A stretch of 64,000 nt of DNA, taken from assembly GCF_036365525.1 (NCBI RefSeq), contig NC_090411.1, positions 31,760,432 through 31,824,431 on the forward strand, in the 5' to 3' direction. The DNA is from Heterodontus francisci. Taxonomy: Eukaryota. Below, in pieces: positions 18,630 through 37,791 of the stretch. Numbering within the stretch: the first letter of the stretch is position 1; every line of letters begins with the position of its first letter. The position numbers and the translations under genes were made by a program. Below the pieces are notes generated by a model. It was not told where the DNA came from, did no database searches, and was given only the letters and a program-made list of their open reading frames with translations.

Positions 18630-20509
18630 TCAGTCACTCTCCCCCAGGGTGAGCTTGTCAAACAGGTACTCTCTCCCATGCCATTCTCAGGGGCTCCTAG
18701 TCTCCTCTGGTTGGTGATGTGATCTCCAAGCTTTTCGATCATCTTCACTTGCTCATCCAAGTAGTGAGTCTCCAGGAAGTCACAAAGCTGAAAAGAAAAT
18801 GGAAACTTAAAAGTTATGTTCAGCAGCAGATATCAAATTTCCAAGCTATGCCTACCACTCAGTTGGGATTTTAATCCTCCTGGACTGGTGTAAAGATTAT
18901 TGTAAATTTGCACCAGTTATCCAGTAATTCTTGTACAATAAGTGCTGAGATCCCAGGGTCAGTGAGACACTTACTTCTCAATGCTCATAGCAAGACAACT
19001 TCCATGTCCTCTGCCCATACCCACCCAAGAACCAGGAAACACCCCAAAGTTACCAGGCATTGAAATTTTTTAAAATAAGCTCAAGGACAGTGACAGTAAA
19101 GTTCTACCAATTCCAACTCCAACTTAGCCAAAAGCCCACATTAAGAACTTACATGAGGGTCAGTGTTGCCAGTGGAGAGTTTGTGCAAATCCAGCAGACT
19201 CTGGTTCACATCCTTCTCCATCTGCAGAGCTCTCTGCATTGCCTCCAGACCATTGCTCCATTCATCCTGCTCTGGCTTCTGAAGAGGAAAGTCAGACAGT
19301 TCACTTACAATGGACAAAATAAAACACATGAGAAAGTACAAGAATAAAGAGGGGTGAAAAAGCAACAAGAAGTAGTCCATGTTACCAGGAACTAATGAGT
19401 TACATGAATATATAATTTCTGCATTAAATCACCACAACCTTGTAATCAAATTACCGTAGCAAGTATTGAAAGAATCAGTTCCAATTCAGTCATTGAATCC
19501 AACCTTGATGTCCTCCAAGATGATTCGGCCTCCACGTTTATTCTGGAATTTCAGCAGTTTCTCAGCGTGCTCCCGTTCCTCATGTGACTGCTCCTTGAAG
19601 AACTCAGCAAAGTGACGCAGGGCAACATCATCCCGGTCAAAGTAATAGGACTGAGGAGAGAATTTAAACAGCTTCATGCTAGATCTAGATCATAATATAG
19701 AATTAAAGATCAAATCTCTATTTCCCCAGTTAGTGAGCTCTGAACAAAAAAAAAAACACTTTGTTTTTTAAACTAGCAAAATTCATTTTACTATTTTTGA
19801 AGTTGCAAGTAAGGGGAATGCTATCCAGAGGAAGGATGAAAGATCCAATGACCAAAGATGGAAAAAAGATTTTGGGATTATATTTCATGTCCAATCAAGC
19901 TAAACTCTGCACACTGGCTAAGTTATCTCCCCGCCTGCTTCCAGTCATTCAGATATAGCAAAACAATGTACGGTCACCGGGATGACAATCACCACATGTC
20001 AAAAAACAGGGACATTCTCTCTAGTGTCCTGCCAATATTTGATCTCTTGAAGCACTTGGGAGATGCTGAGGTAGAGAAAAGTGTTCTGCAAGTGATGTAT
20101 TTATTTTTTAAAAAATGAACATGAAAATAAATCATCCCATTGATTTATATTAGCTTGACCAGGTTTATGCTCAATTACAACTAGCGGAGCTAGTTTCATA
20201 TATTAAACCTCACAACAGAGCGCAACTGTTACAAGGAGCAGTCCATTAACTCAATACCACCCTCTATTACACACAGGAATTATTCATTGACCAAATATTC
20301 TTTCCCCTCCATCACACATGGGAGAAGATTAAGAGTAATGGAGTTTAAAGCCAATTCACAAGACTGAAGAAATTACAACTTTTCAGAATGTAAGGAATAC
20401 AAGACTCACCATAGCCAGGTAAACAAAAGGAGGAATAGAGCTCCAGGTTGATCTGCTTGTTAACATCCTCTCAGTCCTGGTGGTAGTTCTGACATACTTG
20501 GGAAGCCAG
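18630..20509 (-). pseudogene. Ferritin copy 4, unprocessed pseudogene
   Basis: Exon1 20410-20509: ATG>CTG, 3-nt deletion and +1 insertion. Exon2 19504-19650 and exon3 19153-19278 intact. Exon4 18630-18787: +2 frameshift at ~18671. TATA and AATAAA both degraded. Confidence 0.9.
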
Positions 20510-21997
20510 CTTCACTATTTCTATGTACTATCGTCTCACTAGTACCTGAACACTTTTAGAACTGATCCTTGTCACAAGCTCATTTACACAACTGGGACAG
20601 CCTGCATTCAACCAGAGAATGGCATTAGCAGCGACGACTGGTTATCAGTCAGGAATCTCCTTTGAAACCAGGCAATTAACAAAAGGAGAGGGGGTGTGGG
20701 GGAGGGGGATAAGACCCAGAGCTTTGAAAGAGACAGGTTTGGGAGACTAGTCTCAATTTCATTGCTTTTGGCTTAGAGTCATAGCAACTGACAGCACAGA
20801 AGGAGGCCATTCAGCCCTTTGGGCCTGTGCTAGCTCCCAAACAAGCAGTAGTGTTAATGCTACATTCCTACTTTTTGTCCATAACCCATTCAGTTTGAGC
20901 CTCAAGCACCTGTCTAGCTCCCATTAAGATTATTTATGGAATTTGCTTCTGCCACCATTTCAGGTGGAACATTCCAGATCACAACTCAAATGTCCTCTAC
21001 TTTTTTTGTGTATGATTTTGAATCCATGTCCAATTCAATCCCCTCCAAAGAAAAAAAAACTGTCCTTTTTCCACCCAACCCCCAAAAGGCAAATGAAAAT
21101 AGAATTGGGAAATCAACCTGAAATACCATAATCTCCTTTAGTACTTTCAATTCAGGGATGCTCATAACCTGCCCACAAAGCTCATCAGAAAGTCTAAAGT
21201 TATAAAATTGGATGTGAGAGCTACACTAGATGTATTCACATGAAGTCAAGACCAGTTAGTTATTTTAATCTTCCAATCCCAAATTTCACTTCCCAGGGCA
21301 GACATTAACCCCAGGCACTGAAATGGTCAAATATTAAAGTCACTAGAAAACACTGTTATTTTAAACAATTGAAGCATCTGAAACTTCAATTCATGAATAT
21401 CACTCGGCTATAAATTTAAATCTGTTGTCACTAGTAGTGACATGCTCTTGTATTCAGTCACCTACTTCAAGATCTAGAGGGCAGAGATGTTTACAGAGGG
21501 AAGTCGAAAGCAACCTCTGAATACCCATCTCAGACCAAGAGTTTAGGCACCTGCTTTCTCCTCCTGTAACTTAGTGTCACTTTCAGTAATGCTCTGAAGC
21601 TTCTTGCAATGGTTTTACAATGTTAAAGGTGATCACCAATGTACAATAATGTGTATTAAAGCATTTCTACAATTGATGTTAACCCTTCAACATGTCACCC
21701 TGAATAGCCAAAAGAAAACTCAAGAACTTTCAAATGGGAAATGATGGAGCTCTTGTACAGCCCAGTATAATTTCTATCCAACAGAAGCCACATGTTAATC
21801 TGAAAAAGGGAACCAAAGGAGGCAAAATCCAGTCCAACATTGAGCAGTTTATTTATAGTTAACATTACACTCCAGATCAAGACCAGGCCCCAACTCTGTT
21901 AAGGCACTCCTGTTGTGCCAGCAATAATGGTTTCAATCTTTGTACAATTAAATTCACAGGAGCATTAAATACAGCAAGCTTGAACCCTGCAGTCAGT

Positions 21998-24135
<2,138 letters not shown>

Positions 24136-24192
24136 CTTCACTATCTCTATACGCTATTATCTGAAACTAAACCTTTCTCTTACAAGCTCTTG

Positions 24193-24410
24193 TATTTATA
24201 TTCTTGGTCAGACTGCATTCAAACAGGGAATGACATCACCAATGATTGACAATCCCTGATAGCCAGTCAGGAATCTTCCATAAATCCAGGCACCAATAAA
24301 CAAAGGAGAGGAGTTGTGGGGAAGGGGGGGTGATGCCCAGAGCCAATCAGAGCTTTGAAATAGAAGCAGGTTTGAGAGATTAGTCTCGATGATATCACTA
24401 CTTCTGGGTT
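24193..24410 (-). promoter_or_regulatory. Conserved ferritin-array promoter, copy 5
   Basis: TATAAATA, TGACATCACCAAT, GAGCCAATCAG. Confidence 0.7.
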
Positions 24411-24665
24411 CCTTGAGCTTCTTCAAATCTGAAAATGTCTTGTTGTTTAACGCTCTCATTTGAGTTAAATGATAATGTGTTACTTTCACTGAGGTGGCTT
24501 TTCATAATCGGGCCCAGTTTGTTACTTGCAAGGAACTGTGGAGCTGATACAATATTGAAAGCAATCAAGTCGTCTTGAGTGAATTTGCAAACCAACTATT
24601 GGACAGAGAAATGGAAATGAGAGAATGAGAGGGAGTGAACATTACTGAATACAGTGTCACCCACA

Positions 24666-25582
24666 GATCATCTTCAGCTGCTTCATCAATGATCTTCCCT
24701 CCATCATAAATTGAGAAGTGGGGGTATTCACTGATGATTGCACAGTGTTCAGTACCATTCGCAACTCCTCAGATACTGAAACTCACAGTGTCGACAAGCA
24801 GCAAGACCTGGACAACATTCAGGATTGAGCTGATAATTGGCAAGTAACATTCACAGGTGCCAGGCAATGACAATCCAACACGAGAAAACCTAACCATCTC
24901 CTCTTGACATTCAACGGTACTATCATCACTGAATGTTCCACCATCAACATCCTGGAGATTACCGTTGAAGAGAAACTTGCCTGAACCAGCCATATAAATA
25001 CCGTAACTACAAAAGTGGGTCAGATGCTGGGTATTCTGTGGCGAGTAATTCTCCTTCTGACTCCCACAAGCCTGTCAACCAACTACAAGGCACGAGTCAG
25101 GAGTGTGACTCCACTTGCCTGGATGAGCGCAGCTCCAACAATACTCAAGAAACTTAATACCATCCAGGACAAAGCAGCCCCATTGATTGGTACCCCATCC
25201 ACCACTGTAAATATTCACTCTGTCCACACGGTGGCAGCAGTGTGTACCATTTATAAGATGCACTGAAGCTCCTTGCACAGCAGCTTCGAAACACGCGACC
25301 CCGACCGCCGAGAAGGATAAAGGCAGCAGATACATGGGAACAGCACCTGCAAGTTCCCCTCCAAGTCACACACCATCCTGCCTTGGAACTAGATCACTGT
25401 TTCTTCACTGTCGCTGGGTTAAAATCCTGAAACTCCATCCCTAACAGCACTGTGGGTGTACCTCACACGGACTGCAGAGGTTCAAGAAGGTGGCTCACCA
25501 GCACCTTCTCAAGGGCAATTAGGAATGAGTAACAAATGCTGGCCTTGCCAGCGACATCCACAACCCATGAAAGAAAAAAATA
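24666..25582 (+). mobile_element. CR1/L2-group LINE 3' fragment (second family)
   Basis: Decayed RT (FINDLPS..FTDDCTV; TVAAVCTIYKMH) with 3' end AAATGCTGGCCTTGCCAGCGAC and A-tail. Interrupts a segment that is contiguous at ~15930-15945; same family as 55005-58358. Confidence 0.8.
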
Positions 25583-26117
25583 AGCCCCGTCTCCATTTGC
25601 TGCAGTGTGTTTTGGGGCAGGCTCGATGGGCCAGCTGTCTTTTCCTGCCCATTAATTCTGTATATTAGATGAGTCCTTTTATGGTTAACTTTCCATGAGG
25701 CTAAAGAATATTTGAATCAGATTAAAATGATGATACTCTGACTTATAGTAGGTTTATACAGCACAGAAGGAGGCCAATCAGCCCACCGTGCCTGTGCTGG
25801 CTCATTGAAACAGCTATCCAATCAGTCGCATTGGCTTGGACTTTCCCCATGGCCCTGCAATTTAGTTCCTTTTCGAGTATATATCCAACTTCCTCTTCAA
25901 AGTTATTATTGAATCTGTTTCCAGCACCCTTTCAGACAGTGCATTCCAGATCATATCAGCTCGCTGCTTAAAAGTAATTCTCATCTCTCCCCTTTGGTTC
26001 TTTTGTCTCACATTGGTGTTTGTCTGAGATCCAATGTGTTGACATCTGGTTTCATTGCAAAAGTGGTTGAGTCCTGGATTAGGTGATGAGATGTGTTGTC
26101 TTGGATTAAATCTGTGT

Positions 26118-26590
26118 TTTAGATGGCAGGACAAAATCACAAATGTGGCAGTCCTCTCAAAGGCAGAGCTCCCAAATGTGTTGGCACCAATTAAACAGAG
26201 GCAGCTTTGGTGGATCGGACATGTCTGCAGGATGGAAGATGGTCACATACCCAAGGTCTGGTGAGATAGCCAGAGGCAGATCAGTGGGGCAGCCAAAGCT
26301 CCACTTCAAGGATGCTTGTAAGCATGATATGAAGACCCTAAAGGTCGAATATCACACCTGGGAGGCACCAGCTGGCACAAGAGGGAAATGGTGACACATC
26401 CAGTGGACTGGCATGCACTACCATGCCAACAAATGGCCAGAGTAGATTGACACAGGTGCCAATTCCAAAAACAACTTAGCATCACTTGGTAACTTCAGGT
26501 GCAGCACTTGTGGCAGAATGTGCCAATCAAGGATTGCCCTTCACAACCATCAGCAAAGGTGCACCAAGAGAAGACACCCCAACGATAGGG
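26118..26590 (+). mobile_element. Decayed RTE LINE 3' fragment
   Basis: RWQDKITN..VL..QRQLWWIGHVCRMEDGHIPK..HFKDACKHDMK, homologous to the C-terminus of the ORF at 9156-10526. Confidence 0.8.
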
Positions 26591-27856
26591 ATCAAGCCAG
26601 GGACTGGGACTGACAGCATAGCTCTGTGGAGCGGATATGGACTCAATGGGCTCCTTCTGTACTGTAAATGACTAAATGGTTTGTTCACTTCATGTCCATC
26701 ATCTTTCATAGATGGAAGGATGCCAACATGTAGTTTAAGCTTCATGCATTTAATGAAATATGTTCACTGCTTCCAGCAGCATTAGATTAGGGTACATTTC
26801 CACACACTCTCCTCTGACTGCACCACCTTATCCAAGCTTTGTTGGAAGAAGATTAGATAAACCTATTCACTAGAGAGTTGCTGTAAGGTTTTCAGAACCA
26901 AGTCCACACTTCCTCCCTCCTGAAAGGAGTGAAATTATGGCAGTTTGGGTTAATTTTCAAGTCATGTAATTGTAATCCATCTCAATATTTGGAATTCAGG
27001 GAGCTCCGACTTTAAATACAACAGCCATAACAGGAAGACTGAAGCAGCAGTTTTGAATTTGAGTGAGCAAGAGCATGTGTATTCCACCATCAGAACTCAG
27101 ACTAGTAGCTTATTAAATACCAGAACTGCTCATTCCTAGGGCAGAGACCGGGACTGAAATAGTACAACATTAACTCATTCCAAAGCATCCTTTTCCATTT
27201 TAAAAGGAGTTGCAGTTAATATTTGTGTATTTAGGCATTAGTGAAATTTGTCAGTGATGCAGAGAATATTCAGCACCAGTGGGAAGAGTTCTTTGTACTT
27301 AAGCTTCTAGTGTTCTCTCAAACCTCTTCCAATCACTCCTTTTAAGAAAGGAAAAAACACCCACTTCTTTGACTAAGCTTTTGGTTACTTGTCTTCTCTC
27401 CTTGTATCTCAATGTCATATTCTATTTAACAGTCTTGTTAAGCATTATGGAATGCTTTACAATGTTAAAAGATGTAAGAGCAAGCAGATATCTACTTTCA
27501 ACAGTAATTGAATGTAATAAAAAGGAAATTGCATGCCTAAAAATCAAGTGTTATTCCAGATGGGAAAATTAAATAACCTTCAGCTGAACCTCATGATGAA
27601 GCTGTTCTATAGCCCAGTGGAATTCCTGTCTGATGCAAACCACATTATGTTAATTCAGAATTAACAAATTAAACAATTCCTTAAAGAGACAAAATCCAGT
27701 CCAATATTGAGCAGTTTATTTACAATTAACATTACACTCCCACAAGAGCCTCAACTCATTGTACAAAGACAACTCTCTAAAGAACAGAGGGGAATCTTCT
27801 TACACCATTACAGTAACAGGAATACCAAACACAATAAACTGACTGCAGTGACTGAC

Positions 27857-30088
<2,232 letters not shown>

Positions 30089-30174
30089 CTTCACTTTTAC
30101 TATACACTATTACTGCTCACTACCACCTAAAACACTCTACAACTTACACTTACCTTTTCTAATACAATCTCCTG

Positions 30175-30390
30175 TATTTATACCACTGGCACAGCCTGAT
30201 TTCAAACAGGAAATGACATCACCAACGATGATTGACATCCCTGATAGCCAGTCAGGAATCTCCCATGAATCCAGGTACCAATTAACAAAGGGGAGGGGCT
30301 ATTAGGGAGGGGCTGAGACCCAGAGGCAATCAGAGCTTTGAAGTACAGGCAGATTTGGAAACTTAGTCTCGATGATGTCACTGCTTTTGT
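30175..30390 (-). promoter_or_regulatory. Conserved ferritin-array promoter, copy 6
   Basis: TATAAATA, TGACATCA, kB-like GGGAGATTCC (30255-30264, minus) and distal TGATGTCA. Confidence 0.72.
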
Positions 30391-30839
30391 TCTCTATCTG
30401 TTCTATCAAACCCTTTCATCACTTTGAAGATCTCTGTTCAGTCACCTCTTAACCTTCTCTGTTCCGTGGAGAACAGTCTTAACTTTTGCAACTTCTCCTC
30501 ACAGCTGAAGTCCCCCATCCCTGGTAAATTTCTGGTAAACCTCCTTTGCACCCTTCCTGAAGATTCCTTGACACTCTATAAATCTGACAATACCTCGTGG
30601 TTTAACATTCCAGCATCACAACTTCAAATTAAATGATAATTTGCTACTTTTGCTCAAGTAGCTTTTTATAATCTGACCAAGTTTACTACTTGTAAGGATC
30701 TGTGTAAAAATAATTCTCCTCATCTCCCCCATTGGTTCTTTTGCCTCAAGTTTGTGTTCCTCTGAGATCTAAAGCTGTGACATCTGGTTTCATTGCAGAA
30801 GTGGTTTAGTCTTGAATTAGGTGATGAGATGTGTTGCCT

Positions 30840-31745
30840 TGGATTAAATCTCTGTTTTAGATAAACCAAATCGGGTGGCAGTGAGTCACATCTGGAGCCA
30901 GCAGTCACGCTAAAGGCACGAGCCTCTCAGGAGAGATGCCACCAACGGGCACAGTTGACCCACCTGACCTGAAAATGTATCCGGGTATTTACACCTGTTC
31001 TGGTCAAAAAGGATCAAAGATGCAGTGAATGTCCTGCAGTCGCAAAGGGTTTTGAACAAACTGATGGACATCACATGGTCACTCAATGGCCACCCAGGTG
31101 GATAGCAAAAATTTTGATCAAGGCCTGTGTTACTGGTTCTGAGGGAACTATTGATGTATCCTTTCCACAGAACCTCTTTGAATTCAGTGTTGTTACAGAA
31201 CGTGGGGGCAGGGGTGTGGGAGGGTGGTGGTGGGTGTTGAGAGAGAGGGTGTTGTGTGGGTGATTTCCACTTTGCACCTCTCACCTGACTGTGGACAGTG
31301 TTTTTTTAAAAAAGAAATTTCATTTTCTTCCCTGAGTATTTTAGAGGTCAAATAAACAAACAGATTTTCTCATAGGATTAAAAGATAAATGATTTATTAA
31401 ACAATATCTGGATTAAATCAGTTTTAGATGGGCCAGACAGGGTGGCAGTGATTCATATCTGGAGCAACCAATCACACTACAGGTACAACCTTCTCAAGAC
31501 AGATGCCACCAATGGGCACAGTTGACCCACCTGAACAGAAAATGTATCCGGGTATTTACACCTGTTCTGGTCAAAAAGGATCCGAGATGCAGTGAATGTC
31601 CTGCAGTCGCAAAGGGTTTTGACTAAAAACCGATGGACACCACGTGGTCACTCAATGGCCACCCGAGACTTTGATTAAGGCCTGTGGTTACTGGTTTTGT
31701 GGAAACTATTGATTGATCCTTTCCACAGGACCACTTTGAATTATC
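30840..31745. repeat. Locally duplicated unclassified ~340-bp module
   Basis: 30840-31190 is similar to 31410-31745; further copies at 38075-38410 and partially at 43350-43490. Confidence 0.75.
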
Positions 31746-33471
31746 ACAGTAGCTGTAGGAAGTAGAAATGTTGATTACAAAAAGCTTAAGGTGACAAGAA
31801 GTATCCTTTGGCATTTGTGAATTTTCATAAATAGTAATGGCCAAATAAAGTAACAGGAAACTTTTGATTGTCTGAAGACTACAATTTCATTGCACTTAAT
31901 GCAATTCTCAATTAAGTTCCTAAAGTTAACTTGTAAACTTTAGATAATTACAGTTGCAACATCATTTGATTCTATCTATAGGGATGAAGGAGACAATTGG
32001 AGATCCAGTAGGATTTGGAAAGGATGATTCTTATTTGGTATGTAATGTACAATGTGTCTAAATTCAAATTGATACAATAGTGAAGGAGCTGCTAATAGTC
32101 ACTTTATAAATTGGTGCAGGAAAAAAATAGCTATTTAGCTCTTTACTACCTTTGCTTCATGCATTTACTGAAATCCAATTGAATTCTTCTAGAAGGATTG
32201 AATCTAAGTGAGTGCCCCACCATCCCTCCAGCTTCAACTACAAACCCTTTTTAAAAAATAATCTGAAGGATATATTGTTCAGTAGAAGAAACAAGTGCAG
32301 GACTTTCAGAACCAAAGTTCAATCCTTTCCCAATAAGGAATCCATACTTTCTCCACCCCTCCCCCAACTCCTAATAGTCCAGTGCAATTATGGTATTTCA
32401 GATTTATTGTCCACATCAGCCAACTGTAATTCTATTTAGTACTGGTGTTTAGGGAAACCAACACGACAAACGCTGAATGGCCTTTTTGCCCACAAAGCTC
32501 ATCAGGAAATCTGAATGTAATTTTGTTAAGAGCCACCCTAGCTCTCCCACAGTGAAAAACAAACTCAGTGGGATTGGTAGATCCTGAAGCAGTGCTGGCC
32601 AAGGCCAATATTAACCTTAAATAGTATTGAGCATGGGATGGAAATAGTGGGACATTACATCACGCAGCATCATTTGTAATTTAAGCCAACAGTTGCAGCA
32701 GCTGATATTTCATGGATTGAAGGTCAGATGTCATTAAAGCAGAGTGACTGATCACCAGTGGTAGTATTCACTTAGGCTCCAAACTCTGGAGTTCCATCCC
32801 TAAAATGTTATTGCATTCTAGAACAATTCTCACCCATCTCTTTGGCTAAGAGTTTGGGCACCTGCCTTCTCTCCTTATGTGGCAGAGTGTCACTTCTGTT
32901 TGAAGAGTGCTCCAAGGGAGCATTACTAACATTAAAAAAAAGGTGCTATATAAACACATTGTATTAGAATGTCTTACATATGGCTGCAGTAGTCATTGCA
33001 GTTACCAATTACAACTCAGTACACAATTGAGCAAAGACTTTCAACATGTGACCCTGAACATTGCAATCAGAATTACTCATAAATGGGAAGGGAGTAAACA
33101 AAGGTCATAGGGTTGACTGGTAATAAAAGCTATTGCACAGGCCAGGTGTAATTTGAAAGAAAAACCACTGGATACTGAAAAGACAACAGAAAATGCTGGA
33201 AATACTCAGGTCAGGAGCTGTGGAGAAAGACATTCCAGATCTATTTATCAGATAAACCTAATGAGATGCTGCTTAACTAGTTTAATTCTTTTTATCCAAA
33301 GTAAACTATTGAAATCTGCAAAATACAAGCCAATTGAGGCAAAACCCAGTCCAATATGGAGCAGTTTATTTACAGTTAACATTGCACTACACACTAGGAC
33401 ACCAGGTCTCAATTCCACAATTGTAGAAAAAATGAGCACTAAACACAGCAAGCTTGAACCCTGCAGTCAGT

Positions 33472-35777
<2,306 letters not shown>

Positions 35778-35857
35778 CTTAGTTATTACTATATACTATT
35801 ACTACTCAATATCACCTAGTAAATTCCAGCAATGACCCTTTCTGCCACAATCTCCTG

Positions 35858-36070
35858 TATTTATACCACTGGGACAGCCTGATTTCAAACAGGGAATGAC
35901 ATCACCAATGATGATTGACATCCCTGATAACCAGTCAGGAATTTCCCATGAATCCAGGCACCAATTAACAAAGGGAAAGGGCTATTAGGGAGGGGGTGAG
36001 ACCCAGAGCCAATCAGAGCTTTGACATGCAGGCAGATTTGGGAGCTTAGTCATGATGATGTCACTGCTTT
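35858..36070 (-). promoter_or_regulatory. Conserved ferritin-array promoter, copy 7
   Basis: TATAAATA, TGACATCACCAAT, consensus NF-kB site GGGAAATTCC (35938-35947, minus), CCAAT and distal TGATGTCA. Confidence 0.72.
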
Positions 36071-36074
36071 TGGA

Positions 36075-36580
36075 TTACAGAGTCAAAGAAGATTACAGAG
36101 TCAAAGAAACTTACAGCACAGAAGGAGGCCATTCGGCCCTTTGTGACTGTGCTAGTTTTTCGAAGGCGCAGTTATGCTTAATGCCACATCCCTGACTTTT
36201 GTCCATACCCCATTACATTTCTGATCCTCAGGCACCTGTCCAACTCCCATTACACTTATTTATGGAAACGGCTTCCAGCACCTTTCAGGTCAAGCATCCC
36301 AGATCCCGAGAACTTTCTCAATGAAAGATTTCTCACCTCCTCTCCAGATTCTTTGCCAATGATTTTGAATCTATGACCTCTGGTTATTGGTCCATTTGCC
36401 AGAGAGAATGATAGCTCTCTATCTGTTCTGTCAAACCCTGTCATCACTTTGAAGACCTATGTTCAGTCACCTCTTAACCTTCTCTGTTCCGTGGAGAACA
36501 GTCTTAACTTTTGCAACTTCTCCTCATAGCTGAAGTCCCTCATCCCTGGTAAATTTCTGGTAAACCTTCTCTGCACCCTT
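36075..36580 (-). mobile_element. CR1-type LINE 3' fragment
   Basis: MTGFDRTDRE..TRGHRFKIIG on the minus strand; paralogous to 15077-15565 and 30390-30560. Confidence 0.75.
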
Positions 36581-37791
36581 TGAAATGATTTATGACTTTA
36601 ATCACTTATAGGGACTAAACCAAATCGGGCATACATCCCTATGAATCTCCTTTAAGTTCAAACTAGACAAATTCCTATAGACACTTATTTGGGTCCAAAG
36701 AATTGAACTAGTTTTCCCTCAAAGAAAGAAAACTAACAGAGAATATTACCATCTTTCGGATAGCCTATTTTTTAATAGTTATGGCTAAGTCATAAATATC
36801 CCAGATATTATAAGGGTCTGGGAAACCCTCTTTAATACATATCTTTCCACTTAAAGAGACACAGAGAGGCTTTTCTTGTAGTTGAATACAGAATACTACA
36901 TGAGACGATTTATTAACTTTTAAATATTTATTAAAGAATTTACCATGCAATACACTTTCAAGTGGATAAGTATATCACATTATCAAATATTACGAAGAGA
37001 TGTAACACATAATCTTATTTCTAACATAGAATCCAAAAGTTTAACTTTGCTAATATTACAGCAAAATATCTTAGAATATCCATCAAAATTTAAAGCCAAC
37101 TTTTACCTTAAATTCCCCCAGTAAGCCATGGAGTGAGAAGTATTGATGAGGATTCAACATTTCTAATTTTTGCTTCAGAAAGTCTCCAGTTTATACTGTT
37201 TCTAAGGTATCATCTGACCTTTTAACATTTAGGTGTTACTTTTCTGTGTGTTTTCCTTGCTATTGAAATCCATATTTGACATCTCCACTTAATGTTTTGC
37301 TGGAATTCCCCTGCTCTTAAAGTTGTGAGCATTTATCTGGTCAAAATATTTATAATTGTGTTTACTTGACCTCTTGTTCCTGTAAGTACTATTCCATTTA
37401 TTGTTTTATTATCTATAATTGTATTTTATATGGTACCTTGTAACAACCTTTTGAGCCGATCTGTCTACATCAGCAACCAAGACTATCAATTAAGTCTATT
37501 GCTACCTCTTACTGATGTCACACACAATATTTCAATGTGTGTTTATCCTCCAAGTCCTTGGCAACAGAGACACTGAAATGGATTTCCCAACTTAAAAGTT
37601 GTTTCTGGTTCACATTCTATTGCGACAGGGACCTTGAAAGACCTTGAAATTTCTAACTCTACCTTCTTAAAGGGAAATATCAATGAGTCATGAAAACTGA
37701 CCATTTATTCAATCTTTAATTCTAAAAGGTATAACATTTTAACTATATCTAAATTCTACCTAATTAAGCCTATTATACCTACATTCCATCA
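36581..37791. repeat. Unclassified AT-rich ~1.2-kb insertion
   Basis: Absent from the paralogous site at ~30548-30570; imperfect flanking duplication CACCCTT/CACCTT; inverted homology to 5310-6390. Confidence 0.75.

Noticed and set aside
36073-36108. Tandem 18-bp duplication GATTACAGAGTCAAAGAA
   Set aside because: Local slippage at a CR1 tail; only two units with no spacer, so not a CRISPR-like array.
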